Origin: the human T2T-CHM13v2.0 reference genome, Homo sapiens
NCBI RefSeq assembly: GCF_009914755.1
Contig: NC_060933.1
DNA length: 64,000 bases
Reading direction: 5' to 3' (one strand)
Shown one piece after another: positions 63,813-64,000 of the stretch (the stretch's first letter is position 1; each line of letters opens with the position of its first letter). The position numbers were made by a program, and so were the translations under genes. The notes under the pieces are model-generated. The model was given only the letters and a program-made list of their open reading frames with translations. It did not search any database and was not told where the DNA came from.

Positions 63813-63846
<34 letters not shown>

Positions 63847-63964
63847 TAGAGGTGGAATTTCACCTTGTTGCCCAGACTGGTCTCAGACTCCTGGGCTCAA
63901 GCAATCCACCCTTCTTGGCCTCCTTAAGTGCTGGGATTACAGACGTGAGCCACTGTACCCAGCA
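63656..63964 (-). mobile_element. AluJ with expanded central T run
   Basis: CACAGCTCACTGCAGCCTTGA; CTCCTGGGCTCAAGCAATCC; T30 at 63816-63845. Confidence 0.9.
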
Positions 63965-64000
63965 CATTTAAATGTTTTTTGTTGTTAATTTTTGAAAATT

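Overview
AT-rich, CpG-depleted primate genomic DNA (most likely human: FAM/FLAM, AluJ/AluS, MSTA, MADE1, L1PB1, MER2/MER8/MER44), intronic or intergenic. I recognise no intact protein-coding gene. The listed ORFs are repeat-derived (L1 ORF1/ORF2 remnants, Tigger4 transposase remnant, Alu and simple-repeat frames) or look like chance ORFs. Much of the window is interspersed repeats, including two multi-level nested insertion stacks (about 19.8-26.7 kb and 56.0-63.5 kb). A nearly repeat-free block at about 13.9-19.2 kb holds motif-dense candidate enhancers (perfect RFX X-box, SOX, MEIS, homeobox sites) and plus-strand candidate non-coding exons. Best sequence-level finds: a tailless 5S rRNA retro-fragment with a perfect 16-bp TSD, and a near full-length L1PB1 carrying a probable 3' transduction and a 202-bp duplication with diverged copies. 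I see no evidence for a new multi-gene system and cannot name the locus. Repeat subfamily names come from recalled consensus sequences, and boundaries of old repeats are approximate.
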